From a virus, in the IMG/VR virus record IMGVR_UViG_3300005613_000008, positions 32,001 through 96,000 of that record: a stretch of DNA of 64,000 nt. One strand, 5' to 3'. Both the position numbers and the translations under genes were made by a program. A model generated the notes under the pieces. That model saw only the letters and a program-made list of their open reading frames with translations. It did no database searches and had not been told where the DNA came from. Of the stretch, positions 38,891-47,544 are shown one piece after another (the first letter of the stretch is position 1; the number at the start of each line of letters is the position of its first letter).

Positions 38891-40027
38891 ATGAATAACG
38901 ACGACGAGTTTGGCTTCTTGCCTCCCGCAGAAGCACCCCCATCATTCAACCAAGAAAAGGACCACTTCCACGAAGAAGTAGAAGCGGAAGACTTTGGTAT
39001 GGTTGAGGACTTCGGATTACAGATGGAATACTCTGACGAAGACATGCTCCCCGAGAACACAGCCCCATCATCTTTGAATGTGGGATTTGTCGGTGTTGGC
39101 GGGGGCGGCAATAAGATGGCGAACGCTATGATTGAGTTGGGCTTTAACAAAACCCTGCTTGTCAACAGCACAGGCAAAGACATTCCAAAGAATGTAGATG
39201 AAGAACACGTCGTCCTTATTCCTGACTCTGACGGCATCGGCAAGAACATCTCCTACGGCAAGGAAGTTCTAACACAGAACGGCGCAGTAGTTGAAGACGC
39301 ACTCCGCATCAAGCTAGGCAAGGTTGATTGGTTATTTGTTATGGCTGGTGGTGGTGGGGGCACTGGTTCGTCCGTGGTTGCTCTACAACCCGTCTTTGAG
39401 CGCTACCTACAATCTGTTCAGGCAAGCGGCAAGGTTGTCTATATCGTTTCTTGGCCAACAGCACAAGAAAACCTAAACCCAACCATCGCCCGTAACGCCC
39501 TGTCTCTGCTCAATGATGTGACCCCTTACCCACACATCGTTCTAGATAACGAGCGTTCTACGCGCCTCCTACGCGGTCGTATCGGTATGCTTGGTATGTA
39601 TCCAGTAGCTAATACTCAGTTCTCTAAAATCCTAGCTCAGATCCTTAAACTATCTACCGAGGATTCCCCAATCCAATCATTTGATTCCAAGGATCTAGAA
39701 ACCTGCTTAAACAAAGACGGTCGTGCCTTTATTGGTTCCACAATGATTAAGGATCCCAACACTGGCAAACTTGGCACAACGATCATGCACAACTGTATGA
39801 ATCGTTCTGCTTGTCCGCCACCCAAGGGCAAAGCGGCAGCCGGGTCGCTTATCCTTGTGGTCAGCGAAGAAATGGTTGCCGACCCTCGCGTGTCCAAGCA
39901 CCTTGAATCTGCGATTGCTTATGTTGGTGGTCGCTGCGAGACGCTTTTCTCTGGGGTTTATGTCAGAAAGAATGTCCCCGGACTGATTGCGATACTATCT
40001 ATGAATGGGATCGAGAAAGGAAAATAA
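38891..40027 (+). CDS. ftsZ-like: FtsZ/tubulin-superfamily GTPase
   Basis: GFVGVGGGGNKMA, tubulin signature GGGGGTGS, LDNE, T7-like SFDSKDL; acidic 60-aa N-terminal extension; no C-terminal tail. Confidence 0.9.
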   Translation: MNNDDEFGFLPPAEAPPSFNQEKDHFHEEVEAEDFGMVEDFGLQMEYSDEDMLPENTAPSSLNVGFVGVGGGGNKMANAMIELGFNKTLLVNSTGKDIPKNVDEEHVVLIPDSDGIGKNISYGKEVLTQNGAVVEDALRIKLGKVDWLFVMAGGGGGTGSSVVALQPVFERYLQSVQASGKVVYIVSWPTAQENLNPTIARNALSLLNDVTPYPHIVLDNERSTRLLRGRIGMLGMYPVANTQFSKILAQILKLSTEDSPIQSFDSKDLETCLNKDGRAFIGSTMIKDPNTGKLGTTIMHNCMNRSACPPPKGKAAAGSLILVVSEEMVADPRVSKHLESAIAYVGGRCETLFSGVYVRKNVPGLIAILSMNGIEKGK

Positions 40028-40031
40028 ATAA

Positions 40032-40277
40032 ATGAAGATCACAAAGCCTCAACTGAAACAGATTATCTTAGAAGAGTTATCTTCTTTGGAGACTGGCGAG
40101 CAACGCCGTGATTTCCAAAAAATGACTAATGCGCCAGCACAACAACAAACGTCTTTTGAAGAATGGGTTTCTGCTGTTTCGGCGTTTGGCTACGAGTTTG
40201 ACGAAAACTCCCCCAACCCCTATGATGCTTGGTTTGGGGGTCAGAGCCCAGAAGAGTATTTTAGGAGTTCTAGATAA
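40032..40277 (+). CDS. Small protein with IILEEL leader
   Basis: MKITKPQLKQIILEEL. Confidence 0.7.
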   Translation: MKITKPQLKQIILEELSSLETGEQRRDFQKMTNAPAQQQTSFEEWVSAVSAFGYEFDENSPNPYDAWFGGQSPEEYFRSSR

Positions 40278-40690
40278 TGCCTTACATGAAGAAAGGAAAG
40301 TGCGTCTACAAAAAAAACAAAGACGGCTCACAAGGAAAAAAGGTTGGTTGTACCAAAGGTTCAGTTGATGACTATTTAAAAGCGTTGTATGCGAATGTAG
40401 ATGACGCACTAAAAAAGGAAAACAAAACTATGAAAATCAAGAAGTCAGAGCTAATCGCTCTAATTAAAGAAGAGATTATGTCCGAGATGGATGGTCTCAC
40501 TATGATGGACGATCCATACGACGACGATGATATGGATATGAAGCAGGAGGGTATGGAAAACATTACCCCCGAGAACATCGAAATTGTTGGACAGGCTATG
40601 GCTCAAATGGCTCCACTTATTGGTGCTATGTCTCTTCCAGTTCTTATTGGAATGATCTACGAGAAACTAAAAGAAATGGGTGCTAAATAA
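40277..40690 (+). CDS. Hypothetical protein: basic N-terminal module plus internal IKEEI leader (probable second start at 40430)
   Basis: MPYMKKGKCVYKK...; in-frame ATG 40430 with SD AAGGA begins MKIKKSELIALIKEEI. Confidence 0.7.
   Translation: MPYMKKGKCVYKKNKDGSQGKKVGCTKGSVDDYLKALYANVDDALKKENKTMKIKKSELIALIKEEIMSEMDGLTMMDDPYDDDDMDMKQEGMENITPENIEIVGQAMAQMAPLIGAMSLPVLIGMIYEKLKEMGAK
40371..40378 (+). promoter_or_regulatory. Putative internal late promoter ACTATTTA
   Basis: About 52 nt before in-frame ATG 40430. Confidence 0.45.
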
Positions 40691-40890
40691 TGAGTGAAGA
40701 GACCAAACAAGCCCTGCTTGATAAAGGCGTAGAAAAGATTACTTCCCGCAAACTACTTGTGTGGATTGCTGCCACAGGTCTAATGCTGTGGGGCGGACTA
40801 GAATCAGGTGACTGGGTTATTATCTCTGGTCTCTACCTTGGTGGTCAATCTGTGATTGACGCTATTGTAAAACTAAAAGGAATGGAATAA
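40690..40890 (+). CDS. Putative holin (two transmembrane segments)
   Basis: 66 aa; SRKLLVWIAATGLMLWGG and WVIISGLYLGGQ.. pattern; next to spanin-like genes. Confidence 0.55.
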   Translation: MSEETKQALLDKGVEKITSRKLLVWIAATGLMLWGGLESGDWVIISGLYLGGQSVIDAIVKLKGME

Positions 40891-40892
40891 AA

Positions 40893-41180
40893 ATGAAAAT
40901 TACCAAAACTTTTTTAAAAAAAATCATTAAAGAAGAATTATCTTTCATAAAAGAGAATGATCCAATGTATGATCCTTTCGATGATGCGATCGTACCAGAT
41001 GAAACCCAGCAAGCTGCTGTGCCTGATGAAGAATATGAATCAGTAATGGATAAAATTAGAGAACTAGAATCTGTTTCAAAAAGCCTAGGAACTGTGAAGA
41101 TATCTTTCTTGAATACAGAATTAGATAAACTTCTTGATGAGCTATCAGAAATGGCAGATGTAATGCCTCGTCGTAGATGA
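40893..41180 (+). CDS. Small acidic protein with IIKEEL leader
   Basis: MKITKTFLKKIIKEEL. Confidence 0.7.
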   Translation: MKITKTFLKKIIKEELSFIKENDPMYDPFDDAIVPDETQQAAVPDEEYESVMDKIRELESVSKSLGTVKISFLNTELDKLLDELSEMADVMPRRR

Positions 41181-41557
41181 AAGAAAAAATACTAGTTTTT
41201 TGTTTAAAACACTGGAAGGAGATCGGGCTTGTCCTGCTCCTTCTTGTTGTTTTTGCAAAGGGACGATATGATATTCATAATATCGTTAAAGCAAATGAGA
41301 TTTCCAGACAATCACTTGAAAATCAAATTACAGAGCTTCAATCAATACATGAACAAGAAATACAACAAAGAGACGAAGCACTTGAGAGATTTAGAATAAG
41401 GAATGAGCAATTAGAAATGCGCTATCAGGATGCTCTAATAGATTTAGCAAATGAGATTGACAAGCGAAAAAAAAATGTTATTAAAAGATATAGAGAAGAC
41501 AAAGACTCTCTTCGCATTCAAATAGAAAATACTTACGGATTTACTTATGTTCCTTAA
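41177..41557 (+). CDS. Putative i-spanin (Rz-like)
   Basis: N-terminal TM (IGLVLLLLVVFA) followed by a long coiled coil. Confidence 0.5.
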   Translation: MKEKILVFCLKHWKEIGLVLLLLVVFAKGRYDIHNIVKANEISRQSLENQITELQSIHEQEIQQRDEALERFRIRNEQLEMRYQDALIDLANEIDKRKKNVIKRYREDKDSLRIQIENTYGFTYVP

Positions 41558-41954
41558 TATATTATTATTTACAACAGTTTCTTATGCTGGTTCTGAATTC
41601 ACTTTTATAGATCAAGGAGAGCGTTCTCCAATTGAAGGAGTGGTGTTCAATCCAGAGGCTTTATCGGAGGTTCTTGTGACCCCAGAAAGACTTAAACAAG
41701 AGTGTGAAATTGAGTGGACGAGAACTATAGAAAGAAAAGAAAATGAGTTTACACTAGAAATAGAAAAAGAAAAGATTCGTTACAACGCTCTCAATAAAAA
41801 GCACACCATAATGCTTATTGAAAAAGATACCGAGATTAATGAACTGCAAGAAATTGTAAAAAAGCAATCGCCAGCCTACAAGTGGATGTGGTTTGCGATT
41901 GGAATTGCAGCCGGTGGTGCTACCTACTATGGAATAGAACAGGTCACACAATGA
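41547..41954 (+). CDS. Putative spanin partner (signal peptide, coiled coil, C-terminal TM)
   Basis: MFLNILLFTTVSYA signal-like start; C-terminal WMWFAIGIAAGGATYY; overlaps the Rz-like gene. Confidence 0.4.
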   Translation: MFLNILLFTTVSYAGSEFTFIDQGERSPIEGVVFNPEALSEVLVTPERLKQECEIEWTRTIERKENEFTLEIEKEKIRYNALNKKHTIMLIEKDTEINELQEIVKKQSPAYKWMWFAIGIAAGGATYYGIEQVTQ

Positions 41955-42499
41955 GGCATACAAATCTTCCTTTTCACATTTATGTTTGGGTAAATAATAA
42001 ATATCTTGGACCTAAAATGCCAGAGGGCTACACTTATGCTTTATGGCATGGTATACATTCTAGAGAGGGGCAGATTCCTATGGCTCATGTTCTACTAGAA
42101 AGTGGTGCTCATTGGTCTGGCTTGCCGCTTCATGCAATGTCAAACTTTCACGGACCAGATACTTGGAAAGAAAAACCACATAACGATTTGATCCCTTGGA
42201 CTGCTATGGGACCAAACATAGAAGCATGGCACGCAAAATATTTAGAAGGACTTGAAGTAGAACTATTCCGCCATGGATGGAGTGGGAGGCATACAGGCAT
42301 AATAATCGACTGGATTGGTGGTTTTGATCGCTATCCGCAAGAACACAAACCTCTCAATCTTGTCTCTCTCGATGATGGTCAGTTTGCTCTACAACCAAAC
42401 AACTATTGTAGATTTAGAGACGATCATTTAATAGATGAAACTAAGTTTGAGCAAACAAAATTCTATCGCAGAGGCGAAGAGGTTTGGTGGGGACAATGA
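41951..42499 (+). CDS. Conserved-looking phage hypothetical protein
   Basis: ATG 41951 overlaps the upstream TGA; MRHTNLPFHIYVWV...HVLLESGAHWSGLPLHA. Confidence 0.65.
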   Translation: MRHTNLPFHIYVWVNNKYLGPKMPEGYTYALWHGIHSREGQIPMAHVLLESGAHWSGLPLHAMSNFHGPDTWKEKPHNDLIPWTAMGPNIEAWHAKYLEGLEVELFRHGWSGRHTGIIIDWIGGFDRYPQEHKPLNLVSLDDGQFALQPNNYCRFRDDHLIDETKFEQTKFYRRGEEVWWGQ

Positions 42500-42876
42500 G
42501 TAAAGATCCAGATTACATTGTAAAAGTAGAACAAGCCATCGCACAGAAGTATGGCGAAGAAACAATCCAGAACCCCAAGGCAGAATGGGACGAGAACAAA
42601 GAGAAAGTTTATCTTGAACAGATGAGAGAACTCTACAAAAAACAAAAGAAAAATGATGAAGCAAACGACAAAGTAGAACTAAATGGAATAAAGGTATCAA
42701 GAAAACTACTTAATAGAGAATCCAAGACAGGATGTCCTGTTTGTGGTGCCTTCTCACATTCTACCCGTGATGATGTCTCACTCGTAAAGTTTAACTGCTG
42801 TTACAAGTGCTACATCAAATGGGTTGAGGGAAGAGAAAAACGTTGGAAAGAAGGATGGCGACCAAATGAAAGCTGA
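42496..42876 (+). CDS. Hypothetical Zn-ribbon protein
   Basis: ATG 42496 in ATGA overlap; CPVC...CCYKC. Confidence 0.7.
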   Translation: MSKDPDYIVKVEQAIAQKYGEETIQNPKAEWDENKEKVYLEQMRELYKKQKKNDEANDKVELNGIKVSRKLLNRESKTGCPVCGAFSHSTRDDVSLVKFNCCYKCYIKWVEGREKRWKEGWRPNES

Positions 42877-43399
42877 AGAATTGAGAGCATTAATCAGAGA
42901 AGTGCTTAAAGAGCAAGACGACAAGATGACCTTAAAGTCTGGTTCAAAGACGCCACAGGCACTTAAAGCTGAAATCTTAGAGACTATCAAGAACATTGAT
43001 GTGGAAAAAATTAAATCACAAGAGCTAATGTTCTTAAATCAGATGATTGGTAAAATGTTTGAAATGGCTGCAACCGGAGATCTCGTTAGAGGTCGTCAGG
43101 CAATCCAGCGTGCTTTTGGGGTAATGTCTAAAGGCGTACCAAAAGAGGAGCCACAACAAACAAGTGAGGGTTATGAGCCGCCCATGATGCATGGTGGCAT
43201 CGATGACGATGACCATGAAGTCCAAATGGCTATGTCTGATCTTCATAAACTAGAAAAGTACGCCCCAGAAGTGTCACAACTTGCTTCGCAATACTCTGAC
43301 CTACCCGGCTGGGTTCAATCAAAAATTACTCTTGCTGCCGACTATTTAGGTAAAGTTTACCACTATTTAGATGGCAAGCACAATAAAGGAATGGAATAA
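42866..43399 (+). CDS. Head-region protein with leader-like N-terminus and DHEV..A..WVQSKITLA.DY motif
   Basis: ATG 42866 MKAEELRALIREVLKE; C-terminal DDHEVQMAMSDL...LPGWVQSKITLAADYL. Confidence 0.65.
   Translation: MKAEELRALIREVLKEQDDKMTLKSGSKTPQALKAEILETIKNIDVEKIKSQELMFLNQMIGKMFEMAATGDLVRGRQAIQRAFGVMSKGVPKEEPQQTSEGYEPPMMHGGIDDDDHEVQMAMSDLHKLEKYAPEVSQLASQYSDLPGWVQSKITLAADYLGKVYHYLDGKHNKGME
43341..43369 (+). promoter_or_regulatory. Two ACTATTTA copies ahead of the terminase operon
   Basis: 43341-43348 and 43362-43369; the second is about 30 nt before ATG 43399. Confidence 0.5.
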
Positions 43400-43947
43400 T
43401 GGCAACAGTTTACGAAATCGTTCAGGCTCTATCACAAGCCGCAGCAAATGCTTACGACGGCGCACACGACGCAGACGGTGAAGCAATCAAAGCAGGTCTT
43501 CAGCGCGAAGAAGGCAATCCACTAATCGACAAACGTGTTATGGACGGATTCGGTGTTAAGTTCCACGGCAACATGATGCGCCTATCTTACCAGTCTGAGG
43601 TGCAACTCAAAGAAGTTTACGCCAATGGATTCGAGGCTGACGTAGAGCAGCGCATGGCGGACATTGTTACTTTCCTCAAGAAAGAAGCACGCAAGTTAGG
43701 TGCTGGCTCTGTTTCTCTAACCAAGGAAGGCGAGATCGACATTCGCGTTGAGAACTCTTCTCGCGTTCGCTCTTGGGTCACTGCTTGCATGGACTACAAG
43801 ATTGGCGGCATGGAAGAGGTTGCTGTCGTTGGCGAAGCCACAGAAGACAAACTTGCTGCTGGCTGGGAAGCATTTATGAAGCAGGGCGGTCTTGGTAAGC
43901 GTCCACCCAACGATAAGAGACCAGCAAACTCTGGCAAGAAAGAATAA
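43399..43947 (+). CDS. Hypothetical protein upstream of the terminase
   Basis: 182-aa ORF with TAATG coupling and codon usage like the core genes. Confidence 0.7.
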   Translation: MATVYEIVQALSQAAANAYDGAHDADGEAIKAGLQREEGNPLIDKRVMDGFGVKFHGNMMRLSYQSEVQLKEVYANGFEADVEQRMADIVTFLKKEARKLGAGSVSLTKEGEIDIRVENSSRVRSWVTACMDYKIGGMEEVAVVGEATEDKLAAGWEAFMKQGGLGKRPPNDKRPANSGKKE

Positions 43948-43957
43948 AGAAAGATGA

Positions 43958-45538
43958 ATGCCAAGATTAACGAAAAAAGAAATTCTCAAAGAAGTCGTTA
44001 AGTGCGGTAAGGAACCTTCTTATTTCCTAAAAAACTATGCCCGTATATCTCACCCGATGCACGGGCTTATGTTATTTAAGACATTTGATTATCAGGATCG
44101 GCTGCTAGAAGATTTCAACAACTACCGCTTTAATATTATCAACAAAGGTCGTCAGCTAGGTATTTCAACGGTTACCGCTGGCTACATTGTTTGGATGATG
44201 CTGTTTCATCGTGATAAGACCATTCTTGTTATGGCAACTAAGTTTGAAACAGCAGGTAACTTGGTCCGAAAAGTTAAAAATATTATGAAGAACCTTCCTG
44301 ATTGGATCAGGATTGCAAATATTACAACAGACAACCGCACGTCTTTTGAGTTGTCTAATGGTTCTTCTATCAAGGCTGCCTCTACCTCTGGTGATGCTGG
44401 TCGTTCCGAGGCACTATCACTTCTTGTTCTTGACGAGGCTGCTCACATTGAGGGTCTCGACGATCTATGGACTGGTCTCTATCCGACACTATCTACTGGT
44501 GGTCGCTGCATCGCCATCTCCACACCAAATGGTGTTGGTAACTGGTTCCACAAAACCTGCGCAGGTGCTGAGAACGGAGAAAATAATTTCAATCTCACAA
44601 CGCTTATGTGGTGGGTCCACCCAGAAAGAGATGAAGAATGGTTTAAGAAAGAAACCAAGAACATGTCCAGAAGACAGATCGCACAGGAGTTGGAATGTAA
44701 CTTCAATACTTCAGGCGAAACTGTTATTGATCCAGAGAACATGGAATGGATCATGGCTAATGTCAAAGAACCAAAGCATAAAACAGGCTTTGATAGAAAC
44801 TTTTGGATCTGGGAAGAGTATGACCCAAGCTGCAATTATCTTATGGCGGCAGATGTAGCCAGAGGCGACGGCGCTGATAGTTCTACATTCCACATTCTAA
44901 AACTTGAAACAATGGAAATCATTGGCGAATACATGGGCAAGCCAACACCCGACCTTTATGCGAACATGTTAAATCAGGTCGGCAGAGAATTTGGTAACGC
45001 TATGCTCGTTGTAGAAAATAATTCTATTGGCTATACCGTTATAGATAAATTGATAGAATATGGATATCCTAATCTTTATTATTCAATCAAATCTACACAC
45101 GAATACATTGACCAGCACCTTGGGGAACACAAGTCCGGTGCTATTGCAGGTTTCTCAACCACAAGCAAGACTAGACCTCTCATCGTAGCCAAGCTAGAAG
45201 AGTTTATGAGAAACAAACTAGTTAAGACGTATTCTTCACGTTTAGCAAACGAGTTCCGCACTTTTATTTGGTATAACGGGAAGCCACAAGCCATGAGAGG
45301 CTACAACGATGACTTGGTGATGGCTCTTGCAATTTGTTGTTGGGTTAGGGACACTGCCCTCCAGTCAAACGCCCGAGACCTTAACTACCAAAAAGCATTT
45401 GTTGATGCCATTATGACTTCGAGGACAACCCTGAACACACAGATAAAAGGACAAATTGGCTACACAGGCGAAGACAATACAAGTAAAATGAACGAAGCAA
45501 AAAATCTATATTCCCAATATATGTGGATAATCAAGTGA
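43958..45538 (+). CDS. gp17: Terminase large subunit
   Basis: NKGRQLGIST (Walker A region), LLVLDEAA (Walker B), nuclease motifs DVARGDGAD and DDLVMALA. Confidence 0.96.
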   Translation: MPRLTKKEILKEVVKCGKEPSYFLKNYARISHPMHGLMLFKTFDYQDRLLEDFNNYRFNIINKGRQLGISTVTAGYIVWMMLFHRDKTILVMATKFETAGNLVRKVKNIMKNLPDWIRIANITTDNRTSFELSNGSSIKAASTSGDAGRSEALSLLVLDEAAHIEGLDDLWTGLYPTLSTGGRCIAISTPNGVGNWFHKTCAGAENGENNFNLTTLMWWVHPERDEEWFKKETKNMSRRQIAQELECNFNTSGETVIDPENMEWIMANVKEPKHKTGFDRNFWIWEEYDPSCNYLMAADVARGDGADSSTFHILKLETMEIIGEYMGKPTPDLYANMLNQVGREFGNAMLVVENNSIGYTVIDKLIEYGYPNLYYSIKSTHEYIDQHLGEHKSGAIAGFSTTSKTRPLIVAKLEEFMRNKLVKTYSSRLANEFRTFIWYNGKPQAMRGYNDDLVMALAICCWVRDTALQSNARDLNYQKAFVDAIMTSRTTLNTQIKGQIGYTGEDNTSKMNEAKNLYSQYMWIIK

Positions 45539-45546
45539 GAAATTAA

Positions 45547-47544
45547 ATGGCACCCCAGAACCCAAAACAAGGACAGAACCCGGCAAATAGAGATTCTCAA
45601 TTATTTAGATCTCTTACGCGCTTATTCTCTGGACCTATCATTAACTATCGTTCCGAATCTGGTCGCAAGATTCGCAGACAACATCTTGACAAATATTCTA
45701 CAAGATTCAAGTCAGCATCAGGGCAGCAGTTTAAGAAGCAGTCTTATAACCCATTAGACACAATCGCTGCCAATGCTATTGCAAATCAACGCCGCTCTGA
45801 ACGTTATATCGATTTCGATCAGATGGAATACATGCCAGAGTTGGCTTCTGCTCTTGACATTTACGCAGACGAAATGACCACATTCTCTGCTCTTTCTCCG
45901 ATGCTAAACATCAAGTGCCGCAACGATGAAATTAAAGCTGTTCTTAATATTCTTTACCACAACATTATGAATGTAGAGCACAATCTCTTTGGTTGGTGCC
46001 GCACAATGTGCAAGTATGGTGACTTCATTCTTTATCTCGACATCGATGACGAGATTGGGATTAAATCCACGATTGCCCTTCCCCTACAAGAAGTCGAGAG
46101 ACTAGAAGGTCTTGACGCTACAAACCCTAACTATGTTCAGTATCAGTGGAACTCGGCAGGAATGACCTTTGAAAATTGGCAGGTCGCCCATTTCCGCATT
46201 CTTGGTAATGACAAATACTCACCCTATGGAACCTCTGTTCTAGAACCAGCCCGCCGCATTTGGCGTCAATTGACCCTAATGGAAGACGCCATGATGGCTT
46301 ATCGCATCGTTCGCTCTTCTGAACGCAAAGTGTTCAAGATTGATGTTGGTGCCATTCCTCCACAAGAGGTAGAGCAATACATGCAAAAGATCGTTACTCA
46401 GCTAAAGAGGCATACTATTGTTGATAAAGATACAGGACGCATCGATCTTCGCTACAACCCTCTATCAATCGAAGAAGACTACTATATTCCGATTCGTGCT
46501 GGTTCTGTGACCGATATTCAATCACTCGCTGGTGGTCAGAACACAACGCAGATTGACGACATCAAATATCTCCGCGACAAAATGTTCTCTGCTATCAAGA
46601 TTCCACAAGCTTATCTTACAATGGGCGACGGAGCACAAGAAGATAAAACAACACTAGCAACCAAAGACATTCGTTTTGCTCGCACCATTCAGCGCCTACA
46701 GCGTTCTGTTATTCACGAACTAGAAAAGGTTGGCATTATCCACCTTTACACGCTTGGCTACAGAGGCGAAGATCTTATGAACTTCAAGCTTGCTCTCAAC
46801 AATCCAAGCAAGATTGCAGAACTACAAGAACTGGAGCACTGGAAGACAAAATTTGACATTGCTGCGGCAGCCACAGAGGGTTACTTCTCGCGTCGTTGGG
46901 TTGCCGACAATATCTTTGGTATGTCTCACGAAGAGTTCCTACGCAACCAGCGCGAGATGTTCTACGACCGCAAGCACGACACTGCCCTCGAAGGCGTTGC
47001 TGAGGCTGTCGCTGCTGGTGGCGGTGGTGAAGGTGGTGGAGGCGGTCTTGATCTTGGCGGCGACGGCGGCGGCTTAGATTTAGGTGGTGAAGAAGAAGGA
47101 GGACTCGATCTGGGTGGTGAAGAAGCCGGCGGCGAAGAAGCAGGCGGCGAAGAAGAGTCTGCACTCCTAGCGGCACCTCCCGGCTCTCGTCCCTCACCGC
47201 GTCTAGCACCTTCTCTTGGCAAGCGTGCGAGATCAGGTAAAAAATATCTAACTAAGGGCTCCAAAGGCAAAGTCTATCAAAAAGTAGCAACTGATAAACG
47301 ACCCGCTGGAGCTAGAACAAGAAACTATAACAGTGTTCCAACACCAGAAATGAATACTTATAGAACCAACAACCTCGGCGCTTCTGAACTAAGATCGTTA
47401 GCTAGAGGCATTTATGAGGAACAAGATCCTATTTACCTCAGAGAACAGGAAGAGGAAACCTCTCTTCTTGAAGTAAACAACTCAGTCAAGTTCCTGATTG
47501 AATCTTTAGAAAACAAGGTTATGGAGACCGACAATGAAGAATAA
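45547..47544 (+). CDS. gp20: Portal protein with Gly/Glu-rich C-terminal extension
   Basis: ELASALDIYADE, RIVRSSERKVFKIDVG, EEDYYIP, IDDIKYLRDKMFSAIKIP, DIRFARTIQRLQ. Confidence 0.96.
   Translation: MAPQNPKQGQNPANRDSQLFRSLTRLFSGPIINYRSESGRKIRRQHLDKYSTRFKSASGQQFKKQSYNPLDTIAANAIANQRRSERYIDFDQMEYMPELASALDIYADEMTTFSALSPMLNIKCRNDEIKAVLNILYHNIMNVEHNLFGWCRTMCKYGDFILYLDIDDEIGIKSTIALPLQEVERLEGLDATNPNYVQYQWNSAGMTFENWQVAHFRILGNDKYSPYGTSVLEPARRIWRQLTLMEDAMMAYRIVRSSERKVFKIDVGAIPPQEVEQYMQKIVTQLKRHTIVDKDTGRIDLRYNPLSIEEDYYIPIRAGSVTDIQSLAGGQNTTQIDDIKYLRDKMFSAIKIPQAYLTMGDGAQEDKTTLATKDIRFARTIQRLQRSVIHELEKVGIIHLYTLGYRGEDLMNFKLALNNPSKIAELQELEHWKTKFDIAAAATEGYFSRRWVADNIFGMSHEEFLRNQREMFYDRKHDTALEGVAEAVAAGGGGEGGGGGLDLGGDGGGLDLGGEEEGGLDLGGEEAGGEEAGGEEESALLAAPPGSRPSPRLAPSLGKRARSGKKYLTKGSKGKVYQKVATDKRPAGARTRNYNSVPTPEMNTYRTNNLGASELRSLARGIYEEQDPIYLREQEEETSLLEVNNSVKFLIESLENKVMETDNEE
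47017..47157 (+). repeat. Low-complexity Gly/Glu repeat (GGLDLGG x3, GGEE repeats) in the portal
   Basis: Seen in the translation. Confidence 0.85.

Noticed and set aside
38891-40027. Nucleus-forming (chimallin/phiKZ-like) phage
   Set aside because: No chimallin or multisubunit RNA polymerase gene in this window, and the head and tail genes are T4-type; it cannot be excluded for the rest of the genome.
43958-47544. Inteins or group I introns in terminase, portal, primase or MCP
   Set aside because: No splice motifs (C/S...HN), no LAGLIDADG or HNH inserts and no frame breaks; extra length in the portal and MCP is low-complexity or domain insertion.
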